A program made the translations under genes and the position numbers. From Halomicronema hongdechloris C2206 (GTDB lineage: Bacteria > Cyanobacteriota > Cyanobacteriia > Phormidesmidales > Phormidesmidaceae), in assembly GCF_002075285.3 (NCBI RefSeq), contig NZ_CP021983.2, forward strand, positions 5,340,001 to 5,372,000: DNA of 32,000 bases, read 5' to 3'. A model generated the notes under the pieces. The model searched no databases. It saw only the letters and a program-made list of their open reading frames with translations, and was not told the origin of the DNA. Of the stretch, positions 16,705 through 27,159 are shown piece by piece. Each line of letters starts with the position of its first letter. Position 1 is the stretch's first letter.

Positions 16705-17106
16705 TTACACCGACAGAAGTTCGCTCAGGAGATCCAGCAACTGCTGTCCGTCCGCCAGATAGGCGACATAGCTATACTCGTCGACTTTTAAGTTTCGTCC
16801 TTCCAAGGCGACTGGATAATTCTCCGCTAAAACAATTACAGGAATGGACTCAGGTACCCCCCCGTCTCGACGGATCATCTGCCCGGTAGTCATGCTTTTG
16901 CTGGTAGACTGCCCTACCTGATTGACCAGAATTAAACTGAGAGATTCAGCATGATTGGCTGCCCGCTCAGTAGCATCCGCTTGGTTTAGGGAAATCAGAA
17001 TTCTATAGCCTCTATTCTCTAGATTTTCTCGAAGTATAGGGCGAGTAACATCATCAGTTTCTAGGACCAAAAGGGTCCGCGACGATGGTTCATGCTGCTG
17101 TGTCAT
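16705..17106 (-). CDS. Degenerate receiver-like (pseudo-receiver) domain protein, 133 aa
   Basis: It has a receiver layout (LLVLETDD...LILVNQVG...IPVIVLAE). Asn replaces the phospho-acceptor Asp and there is no KP motif. ATG at 17106 is preferred over 17154. Codon usage is AT-rich. Confidence 0.6.
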   Translation of the reverse strand: MTQQHEPSSRTLLVLETDDVTRPILRENLENRGYRILISLNQADATERAANHAESLSLILVNQVGQSTSKSMTTGQMIRRDGGVPESIPVIVLAENYPVALEGRNLKVDEYSYVAYLADGQQLLDLLSELLSV

Positions 17107-17208
17107 GTGACGGGTGTTCTCTTGATAGGCTAACTGCAAACCTATATACTTCAATTTAAGACTGATGATCCTCGTTCAAGCTAAGACAGAATTAAAAATC
17201 AAGGGAAC

Positions 17209-17220
17209 ATATGATCATAT
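17209..17220. promoter_or_regulatory. Perfect 12-bp palindrome ATATGATCATAT between the Crp-family gene and the pseudo-receiver gene (candidate operator)
   Basis: Read directly. It lies about 100 nt upstream of the 17106 start codon in an AT-rich spacer. There is no functional evidence. Confidence 0.2.
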
Positions 17221-17235
17221 ATTATGACTTTTCTA

Positions 17236-17931
17236 TCATTTTTTAAAAAGTAGTCGCTCGTATTCTTCTTGAACAATCCTATAGCATTCACAAGCATTAG
17301 CTTCTAATCCTGGTCGATCACAGACATTAATATGTCCTCGACTATAGGAGATCAAGCCATTGTCTTGTAATTTTTGAGCCGCCTGAGTCACCCCGGCCCG
17401 CCGAACACCCAGCATCTGCGCAAGGAATTGCTGAGTCAGTTCGATATGATCAGATTCAGTTCTAGCTTGGGCTTCTAATAACCACCGGCATAGACGTTGT
17501 TCAAGGGAATGAAGTCGGTTACAAGCACTAGTCTGTGAGATTTGAGCAATGAATGCCTGAGTATATTTCAGAAAAAATTGACGCAGGAGCTGATCCTGAA
17601 TAAATATTCTCCGAAATATTTCGGCATCTATTTTCAGGGCAGTACCGGCAATTTGAACGACATGTTCGGTGCGAATAGGTAAGCTCCCACTCATGAAAGC
17701 ACTAACACCTAGTACGTCTTGATTGCCAACAATCCCTGATTCCATCGTCGCGCCATCTTCCATAATGGTGATAATCGAAAGCAGACAATCAATGGGGAAA
17801 TAAAGGTATTTAATATTGTCTCCGGGTAAATGGAGAGAGGTACCTTGCGTTAAGTGGATCGGGATTAAATGAGGGCGAAGTCGCTCATAGGATTCCGCTG
17901 AGAGAGCATCGAGCAGGCGATTATAGGTCAT
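17236..17931 (-). CDS. Crp/Fnr-family transcriptional regulator (cNMP-binding-like domain plus C-terminal HTH)
   Basis: N-terminal beta-roll-type region (LHLPGDNIKYLYFPIDCLLSII...GIVGNQDVLGV). HTH ELTQQFLAQMLGVRRAGVTQAAQKLQDNGLISYSRGHINV. ATG at 17931 is preceded by GAGGAA. Confidence 0.85.
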   Translation of the reverse strand: MTYNRLLDALSAESYERLRPHLIPIHLTQGTSLHLPGDNIKYLYFPIDCLLSIITIMEDGATMESGIVGNQDVLGVSAFMSGSLPIRTEHVVQIAGTALKIDAEIFRRIFIQDQLLRQFFLKYTQAFIAQISQTSACNRLHSLEQRLCRWLLEAQARTESDHIELTQQFLAQMLGVRRAGVTQAAQKLQDNGLISYSRGHINVCDRPGLEANACECYRIVQEEYERLLFKK

Positions 17932-17969
17932 ATTTCCTCTCGATGCGTTAGCTTCCCCCACTGTAAGCT

Positions 17970-18443
17970 TTACGCACAGTCTTGGCAATGGCCATATTTC
18001 TGTGGGTTTGCTTCGGAGAACTGGGCAACCGTTTCCACCAGCTGAGCAACAGTTTCAATCAATGTTTCAAAATCATAAGGCTTTGCAATATGTCGACAAA
18101 ATCCTACGGACAGTGCTCGAGCCTCAGCTGCCAGACTAGCCTGAGTGGTCAATGCAATCGCTGGAATCTGTAGATTGTGACAGTCTGCAAAGGCTTTGAC
18201 TTTTCCAAGTAGCCAATAACCGTCCTCGTCAGGCAAGCGAAGTTCACTAATTAATATCTTAGGCTGAAATATCGGCAGTTTTCTGAGCGCTTTTTGAGCT
18301 GAATTAACCGCTAAAACTTCAGCATCAAGGCCTTCTAAAACAGATGCCGTTAAGTAGAGCGACTCTTCATGGCCATCTACTACCATTACACGTAGGCCAA
18401 CAATTAAGGACGTTGGGTCACATAAATAAGCTGGATAACACAT
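17970..18443 (-). CDS. Single-domain response-regulator receiver with Glu at the phospho-acceptor position
   Basis: VMVVDGHEE..., KILISELRLPDEDG (Glu where CheY has Asp57), IPAIALTT (Thr87 equivalent), HIAKP (Lys109 equivalent). There is no output domain. Confidence 0.8.
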   Translation of the reverse strand: MCYPAYLCDPTSLIVGLRVMVVDGHEESLYLTASVLEGLDAEVLAVNSAQKALRKLPIFQPKILISELRLPDEDGYWLLGKVKAFADCHNLQIPAIALTTQASLAAEARALSVGFCRHIAKPYDFETLIETVAQLVETVAQFSEANPQKYGHCQDCA

Positions 18444-18497
18444 GGAAAATCTTCCCTAGATGAAATTAGATTTACTTTTTTAGTAGCCAACAACAAG

Positions 18498-18851
18498 CTA
18501 GCTGTTATCGATGGCATAATTTTTGAGAGGTATTCTCTTATACTCTGCTAAATTTGTGGCAAATTTGAGAGCACTTTGATAATCATCCCGACTACAGATA
18601 AATCGCCCAAATGTAAAACGATCACTATTTTCTGGCAACAGCTCTATAGCAGTGTTGGAGGCATAAACTGAATATATCTCATAAAGAGGCATGGTTTCGT
18701 ACTGCGTCCTATAGTAGTCATCAGTCAGCTGTCGAAGTGAGCTAAAAGCCACCCGATCAGTAGACATAAGCAGGCTTTCAGAAATATTGTGAAAGCTCAT
18801 GCAAGATGGCTGAAAGCCTCTACAGGAATTGTCTTGAAGGCTAAGCCTCAT
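18498..18851 (-). CDS. Hypothetical protein (up to 117 aa), first gene of the low-GC module
   Basis: ORF co-directional with the receiver, Crp and pseudo-receiver genes. The start is uncertain (18851, 18800 or 18767). No family recognised. Confidence 0.45.
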   Translation of the reverse strand: MRLSLQDNSCRGFQPSCMSFHNISESLLMSTDRVAFSSLRQLTDDYYRTQYETMPLYEIYSVYASNTAIELLPENSDRFTFGRFICSRDDYQSALKFATNLAEYKRIPLKNYAIDNS

Positions 18852-19343
18852 GTATAGCCATCGTCAGCCATCGTCACGATGCTTTGCACGGTGGCTAGCT
18901 AGCCAGCTACCGACTGGGCTATTGGGAAATCAGCTATGTTCTAAGCGATCTGGCTAGGGCTACAACATTAACCATCAGTAGCTATGAACTTCCTATGAAC
19001 TCATATTTCTACGAGCCTATTTCTGTTCTATTGGAAAAAAAGTTTGGTCAAGAAACGCTTTACCCTCAAGGTAGCTTGTCTGTTAGAGCGATTCCGTACG
19101 AAACCGTACCTTAAGAATTCTCCGAAACAGAACTACAATGTGAGCTGCCCAGAGACTCGCTTCCCCTTACTGATATCCCGTTACTCACACGTATCTAGAC
19201 TTTCGGGAAATGGGTATCAGCACACAGGAAGAGATTGCCGATCAAGGAAAAATCATGTGTGTCTTCATCTCCGAGAATGGAGATAACCCTATGGCAACCT
19301 ACATAGTAGATATTTTCACCTTACTGGGAAGCCGGCGTTGACA

Positions 19344-21257
19344 TTACCTGCTCACCATTTCCCGGCGCCGGCTCTGTAACTCCAAATACACCAACAGGGC
19401 ATTGATATCGGCTGGGTTGACGCCGCCGATGCGAGAGGCCTGCCCCACTGTTAGCGGTCTCACTTGGCATAGTTTTTCCCGAGCTTCCCGGGACAGGGTA
19501 TCAATGGCCATGTAGTCCAGGTCATCGGGTAAAGGCCGCTGGGCATTGCGACTTACCTGCTCGATCTGGGCCTCTTGGCGCTGAATATAGCCGGAATACT
19601 TAATGTCGATTTCAGCCCCTTCCTGCTCTTCACGCGTTAGATCCGCCCGCCCGAGTCCATAGCGGAGTAGGGCGTCATAGTGGAATCCAGGCCGACGCAG
19701 TAAATCGGCCAGGGTAATAGAGCCCTTGATGCGCTGCCCCGTCTCCGCCACAATCTGCTCACCCACGGCATCATGGGCCTTAATGCGGGTGTCGCCCAGG
19801 CGAGCTTTCTCGGCGGCAATCTGGGCTTGCTTGTGCTGGAAGTGTTGCCAGCGGCGGTCATCGATCAGGCCCAAGTCCCGGCCCAGGGGGGTCAGTCGTT
19901 GATCGGCATTGTCAGAGCGCAACAACAAGCGGTATTCCGAGCGGGAGGTGAGCATGCGATAGGGTTCCCGCAGATCCTTAGTGCACAGATCATCGATCAG
20001 GGTGCCGATGTAGCTCTGCTCCCGCGGGAAGATCACCCTATCCTGGCCCCGCACGAAACGGACGGCATTGATCCCAGCGACTAGTCCCTGGGCGGCTGCC
20101 TCTTCGTAGCCGGTGGTGCCGTTGATCTGTCCGGCACAGAAGAGCCCTTCCACCCGTTTGGTCATCAAAGTCGGGAAGCACTGGGTGGCGGGCAAGTAGT
20201 CGTACTCCACCGCGTAGGCGGGCCGCAGCATGCTACAACGCTCCAAGCCAGGCAGGGTATGCAGCATGGCCAACTGCAGTTTCTCTGGCAGCCCGGTAGA
20301 AAAGCCCTGGACATAGATCTCAGGAGTGGTGCGGCCCTCCGGCTCTAGAAAGATCTGGTGGCTAGCCTTATCGGCAAAGCGGACGATCTTATCTTCGATG
20401 CTAGGGCAGTACCGCGGTCCCTTGGCCTCCACCCAACCGCCGTAGACGGGAGATAGGTGCAGATGATCGCGGATCAGCTGGTGGGTCTCTGCTGTGGTGC
20501 GAGTCAAATGGCAGGGTAGTTGGGGCCGCTCTTGCCAGACTTCGGAGTCAAAGCTGAACCAGCGTACCGCTTCATCCCCAGGTTGGGGGTCCAGGCGCTC
20601 GAAGTCAATGGAGCGCCGATCTACCCGGGCGGGGGTGCCGGTCTTGAGGCGGCCGGTCTCGAAGCCCAGCTGATTCAGAGTGTCGGTCAAGCCAGTGGCG
20701 GCAAACTCTCCAGCGCGACCGGCAGGCATAGACCGGTTGCCTACCCAGATCACACCGCCGAGGAAGGTGCCGGTGGTGATAATGACGGCCCGCGCCTGAA
20801 AGGCAACGCCGAAGTAGGTCTCGACCCCGAGCACCTCATCATTGTTGCCCAGTACCAGATCCGTCACCATGCCTTCGCGAAGCACCAGATTCTCTTGGCT
20901 CTCCACGATCTGTTTCATCACGGCGGCATACTCGCGCTTATCGGTCTGAGCTCGCAAGGCCCATACGGCCGGCCCCCGGGAACTGTTGAGGATGCGCTTC
21001 TGCAGATAGGTGCGATCGGCCATCTTGCCGATTTCGCCTCCCAAGGCATCTACTTCGTGGGTCAGTTGCGACTTGGCTGGTCCTCCCACGGCAGGATTAC
21101 AGGGTTGCCAGGCAATCTTATCTAGGTTCAGGGTGGTCAGCAGGGTACGACAGCCCAGACGTGCCGCGGCCAAGGCTGCCTCACAGCCAGAATGTCCGGC
21201 CCCCACTACGACCACATCAAACTCATCTAAAAATTCGACTGCAGTGGAAGACACCAT
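19344..21257 (-). CDS. mnmG: tRNA uridine 5-carboxymethylaminomethyl modification enzyme MnmG (GidA)
   Basis: 637 aa with the FAD-binding motif [21 protein letters not shown]. Full-length MnmG similarity through to the C-terminal LSREAREKL...GGVNPADI region. Confidence 0.95.
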   Translation of the reverse strand: MVSSTAVEFLDEFDVVVVGAGHSGCEAALAAARLGCRTLLTTLNLDKIAWQPCNPAVGGPAKSQLTHEVDALGGEIGKMADRTYLQKRILNSSRGPAVWALRAQTDKREYAAVMKQIVESQENLVLREGMVTDLVLGNNDEVLGVETYFGVAFQARAVIITTGTFLGGVIWVGNRSMPAGRAGEFAATGLTDTLNQLGFETGRLKTGTPARVDRRSIDFERLDPQPGDEAVRWFSFDSEVWQERPQLPCHLTRTTAETHQLIRDHLHLSPVYGGWVEAKGPRYCPSIEDKIVRFADKASHQIFLEPEGRTTPEIYVQGFSTGLPEKLQLAMLHTLPGLERCSMLRPAYAVEYDYLPATQCFPTLMTKRVEGLFCAGQINGTTGYEEAAAQGLVAGINAVRFVRGQDRVIFPREQSYIGTLIDDLCTKDLREPYRMLTSRSEYRLLLRSDNADQRLTPLGRDLGLIDDRRWQHFQHKQAQIAAEKARLGDTRIKAHDAVGEQIVAETGQRIKGSITLADLLRRPGFHYDALLRYGLGRADLTREEQEGAEIDIKYSGYIQRQEAQIEQVSRNAQRPLPDDLDYMAIDTLSREAREKLCQVRPLTVGQASRIGGVNPADINALLVYLELQSRRREMVSR

Positions 21258-21332
21258 ACCGATCCATCGTCACAAACGTCCTATGGTCAAATTCTAACGG
21301 CTTGCCTTGCTTGGCTTCAGTCACCACTAGAT

Positions 21333-21361
21333 AACGGGGCAAGGACTTACCTTACCCCGTT
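21333..21361 (-). terminator. Stem-loop downstream of infC
   Basis: AACGGGG...CCCCGTT forms a 7-bp stem with a 15-nt loop. No clear U-tract follows on the minus strand. Confidence 0.3.
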
Positions 21362-21387
21362 CCAGGTCTATGATATTTAATCCTCGC

Positions 21388-21873
21388 CTAAGCAGGGGCT
21401 ACGAAGAGGGTTAAGGCTCTTTTATCGAAGGATTGCACCTTACCAGCTTCACCCAAGTCATCAACTACCCGATTCAGTAAATCTGTCGCTCTGTCACGGT
21501 GCTGGTGCTCTCGCCCCCGCAACCGCACTAGGAACTTCACGGAGTTGCCTTTATCTAACCAATCTTGGGCCCGCTTAATTCGCAGCTCATAATCAGACTC
21601 GCCGACATTGGGCCGCAGCTTCACCTCTTTGACCGTGGGTTTAGAGGTCTGTTTCTGCCGTTTACTCTGCTGATACTGAAACTTGCCATAGTCCATGATG
21701 CGGGTCACTGGAGCCTCTTTGCTCTGGCCAACCATGACTAGGTCCAGTCCGACCGCTTCGGCCATTTTCAGAGCTTCGCGCGTCTCTGTTAACCCTTGGT
21801 TGTTCTGATCTTGATCAATCAGTAATACCTTGGGGGCTTTGATCTGCCGGTTAGTGAGCTGTTTCTTACCGAT
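21388..21873 (-). CDS. infC: Translation initiation factor IF-3; there is no ATG/GTG/TTG start for the N-terminal domain, so the start is probably a non-canonical AUC/AUU-type codon
   Basis: The frame is open upstream of Met-21765 back to a TGA at 21886-21888, and encodes ...TIGKKQLTNRQIKAPKVLLIDQDQNNQGLTETREALKMAEAVGLDLVMV, the IF-3 N-domain. The only plausible start is ATC at 21873. The 5' end is uncertain. Confidence 0.8.
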   Translation of the reverse strand: MGKKQLTNRQIKAPKVLLIDQDQNNQGLTETREALKMAEAVGLDLVMVGQSKEAPVTRIMDYGKFQYQQSKRQKQTSKPTVKEVKLRPNVGESDYELRIKRAQDWLDKGNSVKFLVRLRGREHQHRDRATDLLNRVVDDLGEAGKVQSFDKRALTLFVAPA

Positions 21874-22086
21874 AGTTTTGTCCTCGTTAACTCAACAAAA
21901 TAGCTCAATCGCTATCAGAAACTAAGCTAGTAGCTCGCGCTGTTTAAGACAATCTGCAGCTACTTTGCCAACCCTTACTTATTGATACCTTAGCGTATCT
22001 CTGTTGGCGTCTTCCAAAAGTATAGTGATGGCCATGATGAGTCAGCACATTCCTGTTAAATAACTTCTCATCGGCTCAGAGTACCG

Positions 22087-22121
22087 CCAAAACAAAGCTC
22101 CCCAGGGCAAGCCCTGAGGAG
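22087..22121 (-). terminator. Rho-independent terminator of psaAB
   Basis: The minus strand reads CTCCTCAGGGC-TT-GCCCTGGGGAG followed by CTTTGTTTT, starting 32 nt after the psaB stop. Confidence 0.65.
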
Positions 22122-22152
22122 TTTTACGCTAGTCACCTAACAGTCAGCCTGG

Positions 22153-24375
22153 TCAACCAAAGCGACTGGAGGTTGACGCAATTAGGAAGGCGGCATAGGT
22201 GATGATATAGCCCACCGAGAAGTGAGCTAATCCCACCAAGCGGGCCTGCACGATGGAGAGGGCCACGGGCTTATCCTTCCAGCGCACTAGGTTGGCCAGG
22301 GGCGTGCGCTCGTGGGCCCACACCAGGGTCTCGATCAGCTCCTGCCAGTAGCCTCGCCAGGAGATCAAGAACATGAACCCGGTGGCCCAGACCAAGTGCC
22401 CCAGCAAGAACATCCAGGCCCAAACCGCTAGGTTATTCATGCCGTAGGGGTTGTAGCCGTTGATCAGCTGGGAGGAATTCAGCCACAGGTAATCCCGCAG
22501 CCAGCCCATCAGATAGGTGGATGATTCATTGAACTGGGCCACGTTGCCCTGCCAGATGGCCAGGTGCTTCCAGTGCCAATAGAAGGTGACCCAGCCAATG
22601 GTGTTCAACATCCAGAACACCGCCAGGTAGAAGGCATCCCATGCCGAGATGTCGCAGGTGCCGCCCCGACCCGGACCGTCACAGGGGAAGCTGTAGCCGA
22701 AGTCTTTCTTGTCCGGCATCAGCTTGGAGCCGCGAGCATCTAGGGCGCCCTTCACCAGAATTAGGGTGGTGGTGTGCAGCCCCAATGCGATCGCATGGTG
22801 CACCAAGAAGTCCCCCGGACCGATGGTCAGGAACAGGGAATTATCACCGCTGTTGATGGCATCTAGCCAGCCTGACAGCCAGACATTGCCATAGTTGGGC
22901 CAAGCGGTGCTGGCGATGCTACCAGGATTCGACAGCAGGGTGTCAAAGCCATAGAGCAGCTTCCCATGGGCCGCCTGAATCCACTGGGCAAACACTGGCT
23001 CCACCAGAATTTGCTTCTCAGGGGTACCGAAGGCCACCATGACGTCGTTGTGCACATACAGCCCCAGGGTGTGGAAGCCCAGGAACAGCGACACCCAGCT
23101 CAGGTGGGAGATGATCGCTTCCTTATGCTGCAACACCCGATCCAGCACATTATTGCTATTGGAAGCTGGATCGTAGTCGCGGATCAAGAAGATAGCCCCG
23201 TGGGCAAAGGCCCCCACCATGATGAAGCCAGCGATGTACTGGTGGTGGGTATACAGAGCGGCCTGGGTAGTGTAGCTCTTAGCCAGAAAGGCATAGGGGG
23301 GCAGCGAATACATGTGCTGCGCCACTAGAGAGGTAACTACCCCCAGAGCAGCCAGCGCCAAGGCCAACTGGAAGTGCAGGGAGTTATTCAAGGTGTCATA
23401 GAGACCCCTATGCCCTTCCCCCAGATCACCAGGGGTACCCTCGGGCGGATTATGAGCCCCCAAGATCTCCTTCATGTTGTGGCCAATGCCGAAGTTAGTT
23501 CGGTACATGTGGCCGGCAACGATGAACAACACGGCGATGGCCAGATGGTGGTGGGCCATATCCGTCAGCCAGAGAGATTCTGTCTGAGGATGGAAGCCCC
23601 CTAGGAAGGTGAGGATGGCAGAGCCAGCCCCATCCGCCGTGCCAAATACATGGCTAGCCGTATCCGGGTTTTGAGCATAGACACCCCAGTTCCCGGTGAA
23701 GAAGGGCGTGAGCCCAGCCGGGTGAGGTGGAGTGGACAGGAAGTTATCCCAGCCGACATGCTGTCCCCGGGATTCGGGAATGGCCACGTGAACCAAGTGC
23801 CCCGCCCAGGCCAGAGAGCTAACGCCGAACAGACCAGCCAAGTGGTGGTTCAGGCGGGACTCTGCGTTTTTGAACCAGGACAGGCTAGGACGAAACTTGG
23901 GTTGCAGGTGTAGCCAGCCAGCAAAGAGGAATACCGCTGACAGTAACAGCAAGAACACCGCACCACTATATAGTTCATTGTTGGTGCGCATGCCAATGGT
24001 GTACCACCAGTGGTAAACCCCAGAGAACGCGATGTTCACCGGGCTAGAGGCCCCCGCCTGGGAGAAGGCATCTACCGCTGGTTGACCGAAGTGAGGATCC
24101 CAAATCGCATGGGCGATGGGGCTAATGTTCAGTGGGTCTTTTACCCACTGCTCGAAGTTACCTTGCCAGGCGACGTGGAACAGGTTGCCAGAGGTCCACA
24201 GGAAAATGATTGCCAAGTGGCCAAAGTGGGAGGCAAAGATCTTTTGATAAAGATTCTCCTCCGTCATGCCATCGTGGCTTTCAAAGTCGTGGGCTGTGGC
24301 AATCCCGTACCAGATCCGACGTGTTGTCGGATCTTGAGCCAGATCCTGGCTAAATTTCGGGAATTTCGTTGCCAT
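22153..24375 (-). CDS. psaB: Photosystem I P700 chlorophyll a apoprotein A2
   Basis: [34 protein letters not shown]... through the [18 protein letters not shown] Fx-cluster loop to the C-terminus. ATG at 24375 gives 740 aa. The longer ORF from 24477 overlaps psaA and was rejected. Confidence 0.97.
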   Translation of the reverse strand: MATKFPKFSQDLAQDPTTRRIWYGIATAHDFESHDGMTEENLYQKIFASHFGHLAIIFLWTSGNLFHVAWQGNFEQWVKDPLNISPIAHAIWDPHFGQPAVDAFSQAGASSPVNIAFSGVYHWWYTIGMRTNNELYSGAVFLLLLSAVFLFAGWLHLQPKFRPSLSWFKNAESRLNHHLAGLFGVSSLAWAGHLVHVAIPESRGQHVGWDNFLSTPPHPAGLTPFFTGNWGVYAQNPDTASHVFGTADGAGSAILTFLGGFHPQTESLWLTDMAHHHLAIAVLFIVAGHMYRTNFGIGHNMKEILGAHNPPEGTPGDLGEGHRGLYDTLNNSLHFQLALALAALGVVTSLVAQHMYSLPPYAFLAKSYTTQAALYTHHQYIAGFIMVGAFAHGAIFLIRDYDPASNSNNVLDRVLQHKEAIISHLSWVSLFLGFHTLGLYVHNDVMVAFGTPEKQILVEPVFAQWIQAAHGKLLYGFDTLLSNPGSIASTAWPNYGNVWLSGWLDAINSGDNSLFLTIGPGDFLVHHAIALGLHTTTLILVKGALDARGSKLMPDKKDFGYSFPCDGPGRGGTCDISAWDAFYLAVFWMLNTIGWVTFYWHWKHLAIWQGNVAQFNESSTYLMGWLRDYLWLNSSQLINGYNPYGMNNLAVWAWMFLLGHLVWATGFMFLISWRGYWQELIETLVWAHERTPLANLVRWKDKPVALSIVQARLVGLAHFSVGYIITYAAFLIASTSSRFG

Positions 24376-24400
24376 AGGTCTAAAAGATTCCTCCGCGCTC

Positions 24401-26665
24401 TTATCCAACTGCAATAATGCGAGCCAGGAAGAAAGCCCAAGTGGTGGCAATCCCTCCCAGAAGGAAGTGGGCCACACCCACAGCCCGACCCTGAACGATG
24501 CTCAGAGCTCGAGGCTGAATCGCAGGAGCCACCTTCAGCTTGTTATGAGCCCATACAATCGACTCAATCAACTCCTGCCAGTAGCCACGACCGCTGAACA
24601 AGAACATCAGGCTGAACGCCCAGACAAAGTGGGCACCCAGGAACAGCAGGCCATAGGCCGACAAAGCTGACCCGTAGGATCCAATCACCTGAGAGGCTTG
24701 CGCCCACAGGAAGTCACGCAGCCAACCGTTGATGGTGATCGCGCTCTGGGCAAAGTTCCCCGCCGTGATGTGGGATACCGACCCATCTGGCGACACCGAG
24801 CCCCACACATCCGACTGCATCTTCCAACTGAAGTGGAAAATCACAATCGAGAGGGAGTTGTACATCCAAAACAAACCCAGGAACACATGATCCCAACCAG
24901 AGACCTGGCAGGTACCGCCTCGGCCTGGTCCATCACAAGGGAAGCGGAAGCCCAACTCACCCTTATCTGGAATGAGACGAGAATTGCGGGCAAACAATAC
25001 CCCTTTCAGCAGGATCAGCACCGTCACATGAATGGTGAAGGCGTGAATATGGTGCACCATAAAGTCAGCGGTGCCAAGGGTAATGGGCATCATGGCCACT
25101 TTTCCGGCTACAGCCACCGCATCGCCACCGAAGGCCGGGCTCACCCCAGCCAATGCAGTGGGTGCGGTGCTTCCTGCCGCTGCGGCATGCAGGTTCTGCA
25201 CCCACTGCGCGAAGACTGGCTGCAGTTGAATGGCAGAGTCAGAGAACATGTCCTGGGGACGTCCCAGAGCCCGCATGGTGTCATTGTGAATGTACAGTCC
25301 AAAGCTATGGAAGCCCAGGAAGATACAGACCCAATTCAAGTGGGAAATGATGGCATCGCGAGAGCGAATCATCCGATCCAGCGCATTATCCAGGTTCACG
25401 CCCGGATCGTAATCCCGCACCATGAAGATGGCAGCGTGGGCACCGGCACCAACTACCAGAAAGCCACCAATCCACATGTGGTGGGTGAACAAGGATAGCT
25501 GGGTGGGATAATCCGTGGCGATATAGGGATAGGGCGGCATCGCATACATGTGATGCGCCACGATGATGGTCAGGGAACCCAAGAGGGCCAAATTAACGGC
25601 CAACTGAGCATGCCAGGAGGTGGTCAAGTTTTCATAGAGACCATCATGGCCCTTGCCGCCGAACAGCAGCGGATCCCCTTTGTGACCTTCTAGGATCTCC
25701 TTCATGCTGTGGCCAATCCCCCAGTTGGTGCGGTACATGTGGCCAGCCACGATGAACAGCACCGCCAAGGCTAGGTGATGATGAGCGGTATCGGATAACC
25801 ACAGACCGCCGCTGACGGGATTGAGACCACCTTTGAAGGTCAGGAAGTCGGCGTAAACTCCCCAATTCAGGGTAAAGAAGGGCTTTAGGCCTTGAGCAAA
25901 GCTGGGATACAGCTCGGCCATCAAACTCTTATCGAGAATGAACTCATGGGGTAGGGGAATATTCTGCGGTGCTACGCCAGAGTCCAAGAGTTTGTTAATG
26001 GGCAGGGAGACGTGAATCTGGTGACCGGCCCACCCCAAGCAACCAAGACCCAGCAACCCTGCCAGGTGATGGTTCATCATCGATTCCACGTTCTGGAACC
26101 ACTCCAGCTTGGGTGCCTTCTTGTGGTAATGAAACCAACCAGCAAATAACATCAGGCCGGCCATGACCAGAGCTCCAATGGCGGTGACATAGAGCTGGTA
26201 ACTGTTGGTGATACCGGCTGCCCGCCAGAGTTGGAAGAAACCCGAGGTAATTTGAATTCCCTGGAAACCGCCGCCGACATCGGCGTTCAGGATCTCTTGG
26301 CCGAAAATAGGCCAAACCACCTGAGCGCTGGGCTGAATGCCAGTGGGATCGCCCATCCAGGCCTCGTAGTTTGAAAATCGAGCGCCATGGAAATACATGC
26401 CGCTCAGCCAGACAAAGACAATGGCCAAGTGGCCAAAGTGAGCACTGAAGATTTTACGCGAAATGTCTTCTAAGTCACTGGTATGACTATCGAAATCGTG
26501 AGCGTCGGCGTGGAGGTTCCAAATCCAAGTCGTAGACTTTGGACCTCGAGACAAGGTGCGGTCGAAATGACCAGGCTTAGCCCACTTCTCGAATGAAGTA
26601 GGCACCGGATCCATATCGACTGTCACCTTGACGTTCGCCTCCCGCTCGCGCGGGGTAGTTGTCAT
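24401..26665 (-). CDS. psaA: Photosystem I P700 chlorophyll a apoprotein A1
   Basis: [34 protein letters not shown]... and [22 protein letters not shown] at 26665 is preceded by GAGAGGAGAG. 754 aa, and psaB starts 25 bp downstream. Confidence 0.97.
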   Translation of the reverse strand: MTTTPREREANVKVTVDMDPVPTSFEKWAKPGHFDRTLSRGPKSTTWIWNLHADAHDFDSHTSDLEDISRKIFSAHFGHLAIVFVWLSGMYFHGARFSNYEAWMGDPTGIQPSAQVVWPIFGQEILNADVGGGFQGIQITSGFFQLWRAAGITNSYQLYVTAIGALVMAGLMLFAGWFHYHKKAPKLEWFQNVESMMNHHLAGLLGLGCLGWAGHQIHVSLPINKLLDSGVAPQNIPLPHEFILDKSLMAELYPSFAQGLKPFFTLNWGVYADFLTFKGGLNPVSGGLWLSDTAHHHLALAVLFIVAGHMYRTNWGIGHSMKEILEGHKGDPLLFGGKGHDGLYENLTTSWHAQLAVNLALLGSLTIIVAHHMYAMPPYPYIATDYPTQLSLFTHHMWIGGFLVVGAGAHAAIFMVRDYDPGVNLDNALDRMIRSRDAIISHLNWVCIFLGFHSFGLYIHNDTMRALGRPQDMFSDSAIQLQPVFAQWVQNLHAAAAGSTAPTALAGVSPAFGGDAVAVAGKVAMMPITLGTADFMVHHIHAFTIHVTVLILLKGVLFARNSRLIPDKGELGFRFPCDGPGRGGTCQVSGWDHVFLGLFWMYNSLSIVIFHFSWKMQSDVWGSVSPDGSVSHITAGNFAQSAITINGWLRDFLWAQASQVIGSYGSALSAYGLLFLGAHFVWAFSLMFLFSGRGYWQELIESIVWAHNKLKVAPAIQPRALSIVQGRAVGVAHFLLGGIATTWAFFLARIIAVG

Positions 26666-27159
26666 GGAGACTCTCCTCTCTCTAGACAAGATGCGAGCAA
26701 ACAGATGGAACTCATCTATCGACTTGTTCCGATCATACCGTCGACATCACAGACTAATAGACTAGTGGGTATGAGCCGGAAGTTCGACAGGGATTACTCT
26801 TCAAGCATTATAGTCTCGTATTCTTCACAATCTTGACAAGCCTTTACAATATTTCAACTGCGCAAAGCCTCATCTCATAACGGTTTTGCGTTTAATCCAC
26901 GCATAAAATCGAACTCTGGCATGGCTTTCATTAACAAAACTCAATAAACCAGGAAAGCTCAATTCAAGCAAAAATAAGATCTTCAACCTTTTGCTTAACA
27001 AAGCTTAAATAATTTGTTTACATTTTTGCTGCCGTTTTTGGCGGGCTTCCAAGCAAGAATATGGCTGGCCCCTGGGTTGAATAGGGGGCCCTCCTGAGCG
27101 GGCACTCCAGTAAATCCACATAGTGCCCTATGGTTATAGAGACGCCTTAAGGAAAGAGC

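Noticed and set aside
19044-19286. 80-aa plus-strand ORF in the spacer between the low-GC module and mnmG
   Set aside because: It has a non-ATG start, no Shine-Dalgarno sequence, and a basic low-complexity sequence with several Cys/Arg residues. It is more likely promoter or spacer DNA.
24376-24477. N-terminal extension of psaB (ORF start 24477) overlapping the psaA 3' end
   Set aside because: PsaB conservation starts at MATKFPKF (24375). The extension has no homology and overlaps psaA coding sequence.
22641-26315. Numerous 60-270 aa ORFs antisense to, or out of frame within, psaA/psaB. Similar ones occur within thiC, mnmG, the CHAT gene and cupA
   Set aside because: These are shadow ORFs typical of GC-rich coding DNA. 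They are R/P/G-rich and entirely nested in strongly supported genes.
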